Shown here one piece after another: positions 39,108 to 48,605 of a stretch of 64,000 bases of DNA. The DNA comes from a bacterium (lineage in GTDB: Bacteria; SAR324; XYD2-FULL-50-16): positions 256,001-320,000 of the forward strand of contig JAVVEA010000001.1 of NCBI GenBank assembly GCA_032250835.1, read 5' to 3'. Below the pieces are notes generated by a model. That model saw only the letters and a list, made by a program, of their open reading frames with translations, was not told the DNA's origin and made no database searches. Numbering within the stretch: the first letter of the stretch is position 1; every line of letters starts with the position of its first letter. The position numbers were made by a program, and so were the translations under genes.

Positions 39108-40048
39108 CAGCGCCCCCGCAGGTGGTCCACCAACGGCCCCAGTAGCTCAAATCTTCGTTCCCCCAACACCCAAGCACCGGCCTCTTGACGCAACACCAAG
39201 GTTGCTTGGTCGTCAATGCGCCAGTGGGCCCGCAAGACGGCCTGTTCGGCCCAACGCTTGGCGGCTCCCTCGACCTCAATGCGCAGTTGCCCCCCTGCGG
39301 GGCTGGACTCTTCGCTTAAGGGGTCTAACACCGGCGCTCCGAAGGCCCGCTCTAAAGCCCCGCTGAGCGCTAAATCCTCCGGAGCTCCTTGCAGCAGTCC
39401 CTCGGGACCCAGCAGCCAGAGGCGGTCGGCCAAGCGTAGGGCTAGGTCTAATTCGTGGGTGCTGAGCAGCACGGCCTTGCCCTCTGCTTGGGCCAATTGC
39501 CGCAGGAGCCGCAGCGTCGAGAGGCGGTGGGGTAGATCCAAAAAAGCGGTGGGTTCGTCGAGTGCTAAAACCGGTGTTTCCTGAGCCAAGGCCCGCGCAA
39601 TCATTACGCGCTGCAACTGGCCGTCCGAAAGCTGGCCCAGATGGCGCATCCGCAAGTCCAATACGCCAGCACGCACCATGGCCTGTTCGATGGCCCCTTG
39701 GTCGGCTGCCGAAAGGGTTCCTCGGGCACCGGTGTGGGGCTGGCGTCCCAGCGCCACCAGTTCTTCAACCGGAAATAGCGGCGCTCTAGGTCGTTCGGTC
39801 AGCACCAAGGACAACAACCGAGCCCGGGCCTGGGCGCTGAGCTGGTGCATTTCTTGTCCTTTGAGCAGCACCTTCCCGCCTAAGGGCGGCAGCAACCCAG
39901 CCAAAGTCTTGAGCAGCGTGGTTTTGCCCGCCCCGTTGGGCCCTAACAGACAGACCAACTCCCCGGCGCGCAGCTGGGGATTTAAGCCGCTAGTTAAGGT
40001 ACGGCCTTTGTACCCAATGCTCAGGTTTTCCCCACAAAGCAAATTCAA
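39107..40048 (-). CDS. Corrinoid ABC transporter ATPase (BtuD/FecE-like)
   Basis: GPNGAGKT, LSDGQ, LDEPTAFLD; likely TTG start at 40048 overlapping the permease stop. Confidence 0.9.
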   Translation of the reverse strand: MNLLCGENLSIGYKGRTLTSGLNPQLRAGELVCLLGPNGAGKTTLLKTLAGLLPPLGGKVLLKGQEMHQLSAQARARLLSLVLTERPRAPLFPVEELVALGRQPHTGARGTLSAADQGAIEQAMVRAGVLDLRMRHLGQLSDGQLQRVMIARALAQETPVLALDEPTAFLDLPHRLSTLRLLRQLAQAEGKAVLLSTHELDLALRLADRLWLLGPEGLLQGAPEDLALSGALERAFGAPVLDPLSEESSPAGGQLRIEVEGAAKRWAEQAVLRAHWRIDDQATLVLRQEAGAWVLGERRFELLGPLVDHLRGR

Positions 40049-41040
40049 GGGGCCCTCCTCAAGACCACCCAAAAGACCACCGGCGCGCCGACTAGCGCCA
40101 AAATAGCATTGATCGGCAAGGCCGAGCTACTGCCGGGCATCCCAGCGACCCACTCGGCGGCCAAGGCCATGTCTGCCCCTAAAAAAATACAGGCAGGCAG
40201 CAAGATGCGGTGGTCAGCGGTCTTAAAGAGGAAGCGGCACAGATGCGGCACCGCGATCCCTAAGAAAGCGATGGGCCCACAAAAGGCGGTAACCGCCCCG
40301 GCCAACAGGCTTGCCGCCCACAGCAAACGCCGCCGCAACTGCTTGACCTCCACCCCCATACTAGCGGCATATTCCTCACCCAAAAGCAGCGCATTCAGCG
40401 GCTTGGGAAGTAAGAGTGCCAAGGCCAAGGCAGGCAAACAAATCGCCGAGAGGATGGCCAACTGCTGGGTGCCCAAGGCGCGGAAGCTACCAAAGGTCCA
40501 AAGCAAAAAGGCTTGGATTTGGTCGGGCTGGGCAAAGTAGATCAAAATACTGACCACGCCGTTGGCCATGGCCCCGAACATCAACCCCAAGATCAACAAG
40601 GTCACCGCCGACTGGACCCGTTCGGCCAGCAGGACCACCATCACCAAAACCAAGCCAGCCCCACCGATAGCCGCCGCCGCCAAAGCCAACCCGCCGCCTA
40701 AACTGGTCACCAATCCGCCAGAAGCCAAAACCAACAAAGCGACCCCCAGGCCCGCTCCGGAGTTGATCCCCAAAACGTAAGGTCCCGCCAAGGGGTTACC
40801 GAACAGGGTCTGCATCAACAACCCAGCGACGGCCAAAGATGCTCCAGCCACCAATGCGGCCAAGGCCTTGGGTAAGCGCAGGTCGTATAAAATCCGGCGG
40901 TGGACCTCTTGGGCCTCAGAGGAGCCGATCAAGGCGCGCCAAAGGTCACCGGCGCTGATCGAGACAGAACCCCAAGCCAGCAGGGCAAAGACCAGCAAGG
41001 CAGTCAACAAAGCCAAGGCCGCAATCATCAACCCCTTCAT
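40045..41040 (-). CDS. Corrinoid ABC transporter permease (BtuC/FecCD family)
   Basis: LRLPK, QTLFGNPLAGP, LLLGEEYAASMG, GPIAFLGIAVPH; ATG at 41040. Confidence 0.92.
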   Translation of the reverse strand: MKGLMIAALALLTALLVFALLAWGSVSISAGDLWRALIGSSEAQEVHRRILYDLRLPKALAALVAGASLAVAGLLMQTLFGNPLAGPYVLGINSGAGLGVALLVLASGGLVTSLGGGLALAAAAIGGAGLVLVMVVLLAERVQSAVTLLILGLMFGAMANGVVSILIYFAQPDQIQAFLLWTFGSFRALGTQQLAILSAICLPALALALLLPKPLNALLLGEEYAASMGVEVKQLRRRLLWAASLLAGAVTAFCGPIAFLGIAVPHLCRFLFKTADHRILLPACIFLGADMALAAEWVAGMPGSSSALPINAILALVGAPVVFWVVLRRAP

Positions 41041-42158
41041 TGCAACCTCCGGTACCAATATAGCTGGTGTTCGGGTAGCAGTTCAGGGTGCAGCAGTTTG
41101 ATCAAGTCCTTTAACACGCGGTTGGGGTAGGCACTGCCGGTTTCCCAATAGTCATTGCCACCCTTTGGGTTGAGGCGGTTGTCGTAGTTGTAAACCTGCC
41201 CGGTACGGATCGCTTTAAAGGCATCAAAGCGGCGCTCCTGCCGAGCAATCGAAAGGTCACGCCAGAGCGCTGGGTTGAGCCAAATATCCGCTGAGGCAGC
41301 CTGCATCAGGACGGCTTCGAAGTCTAAATGTAGGCTTCCCTGTTCGTCGTTATCGGCCCAGAGATAGCGCCCTCCGGCGTCTTGGACCATCGTCGATTGG
41401 TAGGTCTGGCCACCGGGAACGTACCAAACGCCCTTAAATTCGCTGCCCACAAAAACCAAAGGTTTGGGCTCCGCATTGCGGGCCTGGGTCACTAGTTGGA
41501 GGTATTCTGTTGAAATCCGGTCTAGATGTTCCTGGGCCGGGATTTGGGCGTCAAAGAGCGCGGCGAGCACCAAGATCCACTCGGCACGACCCAACGGGCT
41601 CTTTTCCAAGTGACCGCCGGTGATCACCAGGGGCATGCCCAACCGCTCCAACAGCTCTTTGCTGCGTGCCCCCCTCTGGCTGAGCGCGAAGCCTAAAATC
41701 AAGTCCGGTTCAAGGGTTACTAAATTTTCTAACTCCCCTTCCACCTCCGGGCCGATCTCTTGCAGTTTACCTGCCTCAACCAGTTGGCGGATTTGGGGGG
41801 TGTTGATGAAATCAAATTCCGTGGTGGCCACCAGCCGGTCCTGCTGGCCCAAGATCACCAACGAAGGGAGGTAGGTGGTCGATAGGGCCACCAAACGCTT
41901 GACCGGCACGGCGATGCGGGGCAGATCAGCCAAGTCGGCCGGAGCCGGACAGCCGCGCCGCAGCAATAGATATTGTTGGCTGTCTTCGGCGGCCTGCCAA
42001 GCCTTGGATACCGTTAAGATCCGGTAACCGGGACCGGCCTTAAAGCTAAAGCCTTGCGCCCAGCGGGGCTGGTCGATGGGCCGGGTCGGGCAGGGCTCCG
42101 CCGCCAGCGCGCCACCGCCCCACAGCAAACAGAGGATTCCCCACCAGAAAACTTTCAC
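41037..42158 (-). CDS. Corrinoid ABC transporter substrate-binding protein (BtuF-like)
   Basis: Signal peptide; PVKRLVALSTT, EKSPLGRAEW, GGNDYWE; likely GTG at 42158. Confidence 0.88.
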   Translation of the reverse strand: MKVFWWGILCLLWGGGALAAEPCPTRPIDQPRWAQGFSFKAGPGYRILTVSKAWQAAEDSQQYLLLRRGCPAPADLADLPRIAVPVKRLVALSTTYLPSLVILGQQDRLVATTEFDFINTPQIRQLVEAGKLQEIGPEVEGELENLVTLEPDLILGFALSQRGARSKELLERLGMPLVITGGHLEKSPLGRAEWILVLAALFDAQIPAQEHLDRISTEYLQLVTQARNAEPKPLVFVGSEFKGVWYVPGGQTYQSTMVQDAGGRYLWADNDEQGSLHLDFEAVLMQAASADIWLNPALWRDLSIARQERRFDAFKAIRTGQVYNYDNRLNPKGGNDYWETGSAYPNRVLKDLIKLLHPELLPEHQLYWYRRLQ

Positions 42159-42832
42159 GCCAAATCCAGATCCAAAAACCACACACCGTCACGGAGCACC
42201 CGCTCACCGGGAACCACCTTTACTTCATGGGTAAATAGGGGCCCGTCTACCACCAGACTATGGTATTCGCCCTCTTCTCCGCAAGGATCGATGCCCAACC
42301 GGGCCAGTTCTTCTTTAAGGTCTTGGTCCAAAAGCCGACCCAGAAAGGCGGGGTCCATCACCCCGTCTTTGACCGCCACGATCATTGCCTTAAAGCCCGC
42401 CGCAATGAACTCTTCGAGCATCGCCACCCGGGCGTTGAGGTATAGGGGCAAATGGGCGGTCACTCCGGCGGCGGCGCAAACCCGCTCTTCCCAGAGCCGG
42501 TGGTCTTCGAGGTCTATGTCCCCGAAGACCATATGTTCGATGCCCCGCGCCTTGAGGCCCGAGAGGACCTCAATAAACCGGGCTTCATAGTCGCCCCAAC
42601 TAGCCGCACCATGGACCAGTTCAATGCCCATAGAGGCCGCCTGAGCGGCGATCACCTCGGAGCGCAGCCCATGACTGCGGCTGCGCCCGCCCGTTTCGAT
42701 CAACATGTTGACCAAGACCTGAGGCACCGCCCCGGCGGCTTTAGCCCGCCATAGGGCCAACAAGCCGTCTTTGCCGCCCGAAAAGGACAGGCCAAAGGCC
42801 GCCCCTTTGGGCGGCAATTGAGGCTGGTTCAA
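42155..42832 (-). CDS. DUF71/Dph6-like (diphthine-ammonia ligase family) PP-loop ATPase
   Basis: SFSGGKD, RSRSHG, VFGDIDLEDHR, FLGR, DPCGEEGEYHSLVVDGPLF. Confidence 0.9.
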   Translation of the reverse strand: MNQPQLPPKGAAFGLSFSGGKDGLLALWRAKAAGAVPQVLVNMLIETGGRSRSHGLRSEVIAAQAASMGIELVHGAASWGDYEARFIEVLSGLKARGIEHMVFGDIDLEDHRLWEERVCAAAGVTAHLPLYLNARVAMLEEFIAAGFKAMIVAVKDGVMDPAFLGRLLDQDLKEELARLGIDPCGEEGEYHSLVVDGPLFTHEVKVVPGERVLRDGVWFLDLDLA

Positions 42833-44793
42833 AAGTCCGCCTTGACACCCAAGAGGAAGTTGCGCCCCGGCGTACCGTAAGCCCAGGCCTCTTCGTAATA
42901 AGCATCGGTGAGGTTATCAATCCGGCCATAGAGGCTATAACGGGGGCTCAATTGGTAATCTAGCGAAAGATTGGCCAAGTTATAGGCATCTAATTCACTG
43001 ACGGCGTTGCCGTCTTTGTCCAGGGCTGTGCCCGCTGTGGGACGCGCCCCTACCTGCTTGACGCCCAACCTGGCTTTTAAACCTTCAAGGCCCGTATAAA
43101 TCGCGCTGGCCGAGGCTAGTTGCTCTGCCCGGCGGGCCAAAGGTTCGCCATCGGGATCCTTGGTTTTCGCCGCCGTCACCGAGCCATCTAGACTCCAATC
43201 GGTCCCCACCTTGCCCGAAAGGTTTAATTCGGTGCCGCTGGTTTGGGTCTGACCGGTTACGTTTTGGTAGTCCCCGGCAAAGGTGGTGTAGTTGTACACA
43301 TAGTCGATGCGGTCGGTGAAGGTCATCTGGTAGGTGGTCACCTCCAGCATCCACTTACCTAATTGTTTTTCAATGCCTAAGTCCCAGCCGGTGGACTTTT
43401 CGGGGCCCAACTCGGCGTTACCGACAGTATATAGCGTACCGTAAGCGGTGTAGGTGCCAAATAGCTCATAAAGCGAAGGGGAACGAAAGCCCGTGCCGTA
43501 GCTGGCTTTCAGTTTCAGCCCCAGATCCTGAAACTTATAGGCCGGGGCAATGCGGTAGGTCGATTGGCTGCCGTATTTGTCGTGGTTGTCCATGCGGACC
43601 CCAACCAGAATTTCCAGAGCCTCGTCTAAAGCCGGGATTTGGTCTTGCAGCCAAAGGCTGTCGGTGCTTGCTTGCTGGTTTGCGTCCTCGGTGCCCACGC
43701 CGCTTGTGTAGCTGTTTTGCAGCAAACTTTCGTTTACGCGCCCTAGCCCCAAGGTCAGTTCCTGGTCCCCTAAAAAGAGGCTGCCCTGCCAGTTAAATTC
43801 TTGGCTGGTGCCGGTGAAGTCGTTGCTTTTTTCGTTGGTGGCGTCAAAGAGGTTGCGGTTTATCTGGCTCCCTTTATAAGCAAAGGTCGATTCCAACTCA
43901 CCACCAAAGGCGCGGTGGCTGTAGCTCAGCCCATAAAAAAGCAAGTCGTTGGACTGGTGTTTTTCTAGGTCCCCGTTGGGGTCGGCCACCGCCGGGTAAC
44001 CGGTAAAATGGTCGCCCAGATAGCCGTTGCCCGTGTCATCTAGCTGCTTGTCTGAGGATACCTTGCGTAAATTAAAGCGCAGTTGTCGCTTTTCGCCGAA
44101 GTCGTAGCCAAATCCCAAAGCGGCCGTTTGGTTGCTCCAAGCGTCAGCCTCGTTGGTGTTTCCGTCGTCGGGCAAAAGCGGGTTGCGCGCATCGGCGCTA
44201 GAGATTCCGTCTGAAGTGGTTTGGCTGATCTGGCCGCTCCAATCTAGGGCACCTGAGCGCCCTTGGTTGCTACCGTAGACCCGCTGGGTATTAAAGGAAC
44301 CAGCCTCAACGCCCACCTGAGACTTGGGCTCGCCGCCCTTTTTGGTGAAGATTTGGATCACGCCGCTCGAAGCATTGGAACCGTAAAGAACCGACTGAGG
44401 ACCACTGAGCACTTCGATCCGCTCAATGTTGTCTAGCGTCAAGTCGGCAATGTTAGCGCCGCGCCCCGAGTGGGAGGGATCGTTGACCATCACCCCATCA
44501 ATCAAGATCAACACGTTCTTAGAGTCCGCACCACGCAGGAAGATCGAGGTCTGCCCGCCGGGTCCGCCGTTGCGGGTCAATTCAATTCCCGGTAGGTCGG
44601 CTAAAAGGGCCTCGACCTGGGTTTGGTTGGATACCTCAATGACCTCTTGATTGACCACTTTGCCCGAAACGCCGCCCTGGCGACCTGATTGGGTCCGGGT
44701 GGCGGTGATCAAGATTTCCTTATTGTCTGATTCCGCGGCCCAAAGGGGTCCGCAAGACAGGGCCAAACAGGCCACTGCAATGAACTTCTTCAT
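42829..44793 (-). CDS. btuB: TonB-dependent cobalamin receptor
   Basis: Signal peptide, EILITATR TonB box, IFLRGA, IERIEVLSGPQSVLYGS, C-terminal Phe; downstream of a cobalamin riboswitch; likely ATG at 44793. Confidence 0.85.
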   Translation of the reverse strand: MKKFIAVACLALSCGPLWAAESDNKEILITATRTQSGRQGGVSGKVVNQEVIEVSNQTQVEALLADLPGIELTRNGGPGGQTSIFLRGADSKNVLILIDGVMVNDPSHSGRGANIADLTLDNIERIEVLSGPQSVLYGSNASSGVIQIFTKKGGEPKSQVGVEAGSFNTQRVYGSNQGRSGALDWSGQISQTTSDGISSADARNPLLPDDGNTNEADAWSNQTAALGFGYDFGEKRQLRFNLRKVSSDKQLDDTGNGYLGDHFTGYPAVADPNGDLEKHQSNDLLFYGLSYSHRAFGGELESTFAYKGSQINRNLFDATNEKSNDFTGTSQEFNWQGSLFLGDQELTLGLGRVNESLLQNSYTSGVGTEDANQQASTDSLWLQDQIPALDEALEILVGVRMDNHDKYGSQSTYRIAPAYKFQDLGLKLKASYGTGFRSPSLYELFGTYTAYGTLYTVGNAELGPEKSTGWDLGIEKQLGKWMLEVTTYQMTFTDRIDYVYNYTTFAGDYQNVTGQTQTSGTELNLSGKVGTDWSLDGSVTAAKTKDPDGEPLARRAEQLASASAIYTGLEGLKARLGVKQVGARPTAGTALDKDGNAVSELDAYNLANLSLDYQLSPRYSLYGRIDNLTDAYYEEAWAYGTPGRNFLLGVKADF

Positions 44794-44895
44794 GAAACTA
44801 AACCTACAGCTAACTCTCAAAGATTAATCCTTCAAGAGGCCGCAGCAGAGGATTTTTAGGGGGGATTCAGCACCCGGTTGGGCCGCTGGATTCCG

Positions 44896-45002
44896 TATCC
44901 TGTGCGCGAGGATGAAAAGAATTCGGAAGCTCTGACTTGTCACCGCTAAGGGTGCATCACAGTTGCGCGCCAGTGAGGGATTCTAACCCTACTTCCTCCG
45001 GA
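44896..45002 (-). ncRNA. Cobalamin riboswitch, short class-II-like, upstream of btuB
   Basis: Minus strand GGAAGTAGGGTTAGAATCCCTCACTGGCGCGCAACTGTGA...AAGTCAGA, then hairpin ATCCT-CGCGCAC-AGGAT whose loop is complementary to GCGCG (kissing loop). Confidence 0.85.
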
Positions 45003-45082
45003 AATGTTACAGCGCTCATCATTGGGCAACGGGAAGGCCCCCGTCAAGGGAAACCGTCCCTAGCCTTTAAGTGGTTCAATAT

Positions 45083-46141
45083 TTAAACCTTTGTGCTCAC
45101 TTTAGCCCCCGAGAAGGTGGCCATTTGGTTGCTACACAACGCGGCCCCTTCGATCAAACAAAAGGCCAAGGCCGCACCGGTACCTTCACCTAACCTCAGG
45201 TCCAAATCCATCAAAGGCTTGATCCCCAGAGTTTCGGCAAAAAGGCGGTGTCCCTGTTCGGCCGAAAGGTGGCTAAAGAAAAGGTACTCCGCCGCTGCCG
45301 AGGCAATTTTTAAGGCCGCTAAAGCCCCCGCCGAGCTAATGAAGCCATCCACCACCACCGGTATCTTCAGGGCTGCCGCCCCCAGCACCAAACCGGCGAT
45401 CCCGGCGATTTCAAAGCCGCCTAGAGCGGCCAGGGTTTCAGCCGGGTCCTTGAGCGCTGATTGGTGCAGCTCCAAACCCTTTTTGATCACCTCGATCTTG
45501 CGCGCTAACCCCGCATCATCAACGCCGGTCCCCCGCCCCACAATCTCTTGCGGCTGGCAGGGTAAATAGGCGGCAAAGAGGGCCGCCGCAGGGGTGGTGT
45601 TGGCAATGCCCATTTCACCGGTGCCCAATAACTGCACCCCATCGGCCTGGGCCGCTTCGGCCAGTTTGATCCCCGCCAACAAAGCCTGTTCGCAGTCCTC
45701 TTGGCTCATGGCCGGGCCTTGGATAAAGCTTTGGGTGCCCTTGGCCACCTTGGCTTGGATCAGGTTCGGGTGGGGCTCAAAATCAAAATCAACGCCCATG
45801 TCCACCACCTTCAAGTCAGCCCCGGCGTTTTGGCAAAGCTGGTTGATCGCCGCGCCTCCGGCCAACATATTCAACACCATTTGGGGCGTCACCTCGCGCG
45901 GAAAGGCCGAGACCCCTTCAAAGGCGACGCCGTGGTCGCCAGCAAAACAATAGAGTCGCTTGGAGTGGGTCTTTAATTCCAACTGCCCTTGGATCAACCC
46001 CAGTTTCAAGGCGATTTCTTCTAGGCGCCCCAAACTACCCAGCGGTTTGGTCAAATCGTCCAGATGGGCGCGGAGTTGGGGCTCAAGTTGGCGCTCAGGG
46101 GCCTTGATGCGGCTGATCCAATCGGTTAAAGCAGGGTTCAT
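45083..46141 (-). CDS. cobT: Nicotinate-nucleotide--DMB phosphoribosyltransferase
   Basis: LTKPLGSLGRLE, AGDHGV, GEMGIANTT, GRGTG, LRLGEGTGA. Confidence 0.96.
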   Translation of the reverse strand: MNPALTDWISRIKAPERQLEPQLRAHLDDLTKPLGSLGRLEEIALKLGLIQGQLELKTHSKRLYCFAGDHGVAFEGVSAFPREVTPQMVLNMLAGGAAINQLCQNAGADLKVVDMGVDFDFEPHPNLIQAKVAKGTQSFIQGPAMSQEDCEQALLAGIKLAEAAQADGVQLLGTGEMGIANTTPAAALFAAYLPCQPQEIVGRGTGVDDAGLARKIEVIKKGLELHQSALKDPAETLAALGGFEIAGIAGLVLGAAALKIPVVVDGFISSAGALAALKIASAAAEYLFFSHLSAEQGHRLFAETLGIKPLMDLDLRLGEGTGAALAFCLIEGAALCSNQMATFSGAKVSTKV

Positions 46142-46653
46142 GAGGGTTCTTTGATGGTGAGGGGCAAACCGGACACCATCAGGACCACCCGGTCCGCCTG
46201 GGCCGCAGCCTGCTGGTTGATTCGGCCCGCTAAATCACGGAAAAAACGGGCCGAAGAATGTTCGGGTACCACGCCCATACCCACTTCGTTGGTCACCAAG
46301 ACCACCGGGATGAGGCAGGTCAGAAGGGCCTGAAAAAAGCTGTCTACCTGGGGATAAGAGGGCAACTCTCCCTGATCAAACATTAAGTTATTGGCCCAAA
46401 GGGTCAGGCAATCGACAATCAAAAAATCAGCCCCTTCGGGCAAGTGGCTTAAAGCGCGGGCCAAGTTCAAAGGCTCTTCTAGGGTCTCGAACCGTTCGTC
46501 GCGCTCTAAGCGGTGCTTTTGGATGCGGGCGGCCATCTCTTCATCAATCGCTTGCCCGGTCGCTAAAAAGGCGATTTTCTTCGCTTTGCCAGCCAACTCC
46601 AAGGCCATGCGGCTCTTCCCGCTACGGGCTCCGCCGGTGATCAGCGTTAACAT
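46138..46653 (-). CDS. cobU: Adenosylcobinamide kinase/guanylyltransferase
   Basis: GGARSGKS, DEEM..RI.KH, DCLTLW, VTNEVG.GVVP. Confidence 0.95.
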   Translation of the reverse strand: MLTLITGGARSGKSRMALELAGKAKKIAFLATGQAIDEEMAARIQKHRLERDERFETLEEPLNLARALSHLPEGADFLIVDCLTLWANNLMFDQGELPSYPQVDSFFQALLTCLIPVVLVTNEVGMGVVPEHSSARFFRDLAGRINQQAAAQADRVVLMVSGLPLTIKEPS

Positions 46654-47186
46654 TCGATCCCCAAACGGGCCTTGACCCCTTTTTGGTAATAATGCTTGAT
46701 CTCGCGCATTTCAGTGACCAAGTCGGCCCGTTCGATGATCTCTTCTGGGGCATTACGACCCGTTAAAACCAGCTCCACCCCTTCGGGCTTAACGTCGATC
46801 AACTCCAACATCTGCTCCACCTTCAGCAGGCCCAAGCTAACGGCCACGTTGGCTTCGTCGAGGACCACCAGTTTGTACTTGCCCGAGAGCATCTCTCGGC
46901 GCGCTTCTTCTAAACCCGCAGCGGCATTGGCCAAGTCATCGGCGCTGGGGTTGCCGAAGACCCAATGGTCGGTGCCCAGCTGGCGCAAGGTGACTTGTTC
47001 TTTTAAGGCTTCAAAGGACTTAAGCTCGATGTAGTCCATGCCTTTGACAAACTGGCCGATGTAAACCTTAAAACCCGCGCCCACAGCCCGCAAGGCCAGA
47101 CCAAAACCGGCCGTGGTCTTCCCCTTGCCATTTCCGGTATAGACTTGGACATATCCTTTTTCCCAGACTTTTTTTGGTAAGGCCAT
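46647..47186 (-). CDS. cobO: Cob(I)alamin adenosyltransferase (CobA/CobO/BtuR family)
   Basis: VYTGNGKGKTT, QFVKG, LDE, LVLTGR, ADLVTEM..IKHY. Confidence 0.94.
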   Translation of the reverse strand: MALPKKVWEKGYVQVYTGNGKGKTTAGFGLALRAVGAGFKVYIGQFVKGMDYIELKSFEALKEQVTLRQLGTDHWVFGNPSADDLANAAAGLEEARREMLSGKYKLVVLDEANVAVSLGLLKVEQMLELIDVKPEGVELVLTGRNAPEEIIERADLVTEMREIKHYYQKGVKARLGIEC

Positions 47187-47341
47187 GTGGACTCTTCTGT
47201 AGGGTTAACGCTCAAAACTAGGCACAAGCCCTTGCCTAAAATTTTTGCAGGCAAAAGGCCGCGGCTATCTGCCCTTAATGGGCGGCAACACAGGGATTTT
47301 GGGGGGATTCAGGGCCCGCAAGGGGCAGCTGGACTCCGGGT

Positions 47342-47446
47342 ATCCTGTGCGCGAGGATCATTTGGATGCGAAAGTTCTGACTTGTCACCACTAGGGTGCT
47401 TCACAGTTGCGCGCCAGTGAGGGATTTTAACCCTACTTCCTCCTAA
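47342..47446 (-). ncRNA. Cobalamin riboswitch, short class-II-like, upstream of cobO
   Basis: Near-identical to 44896..45002 (GGAAGTAGGGTTAAAATCCCTCACTGGCGCGCAACTGTGA...AAGTCAGA...ATCCTCGCGCACAGGAT); preceded by TTGACG-N17-AAAGAT. Confidence 0.85.
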
Positions 47447-47546
47447 AAGCTTGAGGAGTTCATCTTTGGTGAAATGAAGAGCGCCGTCAAGGGAAGGGAG
47501 CAATTAAGATTTAAGCTTTTGTTTTTATGGAACAGAAACCATGTTT

Positions 47547-48605
47547 TTAAGCAAGATACCGGGCCAAAAATTCCAGTAGTTGCCTATTTTCGGCTGCTGT
47601 CTTCAGCCCCAAACGGAAGTAAGCGGCGTCTTCTAACCCTAAAAAACTACGGCCATCGCGCAGAAAAAATCCAGCCTGCAGGGCCGCCCCTAAGAGCGCA
47701 TCTATATCCCCACCATAGCGCACCCAAAAGAAATTGGCCCGGCTAGGCGTTGGCTGGCACCGGGGCAAGGCGCTTAAGGCCCGAAAAACCTCCTGACGGC
47801 TTTGATTCAAATTGACCTGTAGGTTCGGCAAATAGTCGGCTTCCTCCGCCAAGGCCTCTACTGCCGCCAACGCGGGGCCGCTCAAACGCCAAGGCGGGAG
47901 TTCTGACAACCAAAAAGCCGCTTGGTCTTGAGGGCTAATCAAGGCCCCCAAACGCAGGCCAGGGCAGGCAAACTCCTTGGTTAGCGAAAGCAGCACCCAA
48001 AGGTTGGGGAAAGCCAAATCCAAGAGGCTTAAGCCCTGGGGGTCATCACTCAGGCCCAAAAAGGCCTGATCCACCAAAAAATTTACCTCCGGCCACCGGC
48101 CCAACAACGAGGCCCACTGCTTAGCATCCAAGGCCGTGCCGGTGGGGTTGTGGGGACTGCCCACTAAACAGGCATCACAACCGGGTAAAGCGGCTTCCAA
48201 GCTGGCTAGGTCAAAATCCGGGGCGACCAATGAGTGGTGCACGATCTCTTGGGCAAAGGGGGCCAAGGCCGCCTGATAATCCCCAAAGCCCGGGTCTAAG
48301 ACTAGCGGTCTTTGGGGGCGCAATTTATGGGCCCAGAGGTAAATCCCCTCGATGGAGCCGTTGAGCGGTAAGATGCGTTCGGCCAGCAAACCGAAGCGCC
48401 GTTGGTAGTAGTCTATCAACGGTTGCCCCTGACGCTCTGGGTAACGGTCCACCACCTGAACCGAAGGGAGCGCGCGCAACATGGCAGGCGGCGGACCCAA
48501 AGGACTTAGATTGACACTAAAGTCCAAGTAAGGTCGGGGCTCAAGCCCGTAATCTTTAAAATAGCGGCCCGCCTCCCCGCCGTGTATGACCTCCGAAGGT
48601 TTCAC
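47547..48605 (-). CDS. cobD: Threonine-phosphate decarboxylase (PLP-dependent)
   Basis: HGG, LDFSVN..PLGPP, NGSIE, PHNPTG, VDQAF, SLTKEFACPGLRLG; cob gene context. Confidence 0.85.
   Translation of the reverse strand: MKPSEVIHGGEAGRYFKDYGLEPRPYLDFSVNLSPLGPPPAMLRALPSVQVVDRYPERQGQPLIDYYQRRFGLLAERILPLNGSIEGIYLWAHKLRPQRPLVLDPGFGDYQAALAPFAQEIVHHSLVAPDFDLASLEAALPGCDACLVGSPHNPTGTALDAKQWASLLGRWPEVNFLVDQAFLGLSDDPQGLSLLDLAFPNLWVLLSLTKEFACPGLRLGALISPQDQAAFWLSELPPWRLSGPALAAVEALAEEADYLPNLQVNLNQSRQEVFRALSALPRCQPTPSRANFFWVRYGGDIDALLGAALQAGFFLRDGRSFLGLEDAAYFRLGLKTAAENRQLLEFLARYLA

Noticed and set aside
47309..47503. 64-aa ORF over the second riboswitch as a leader peptide
   Set aside because: It begins upstream of the predicted -35 box and the riboswitch explains the sequence.
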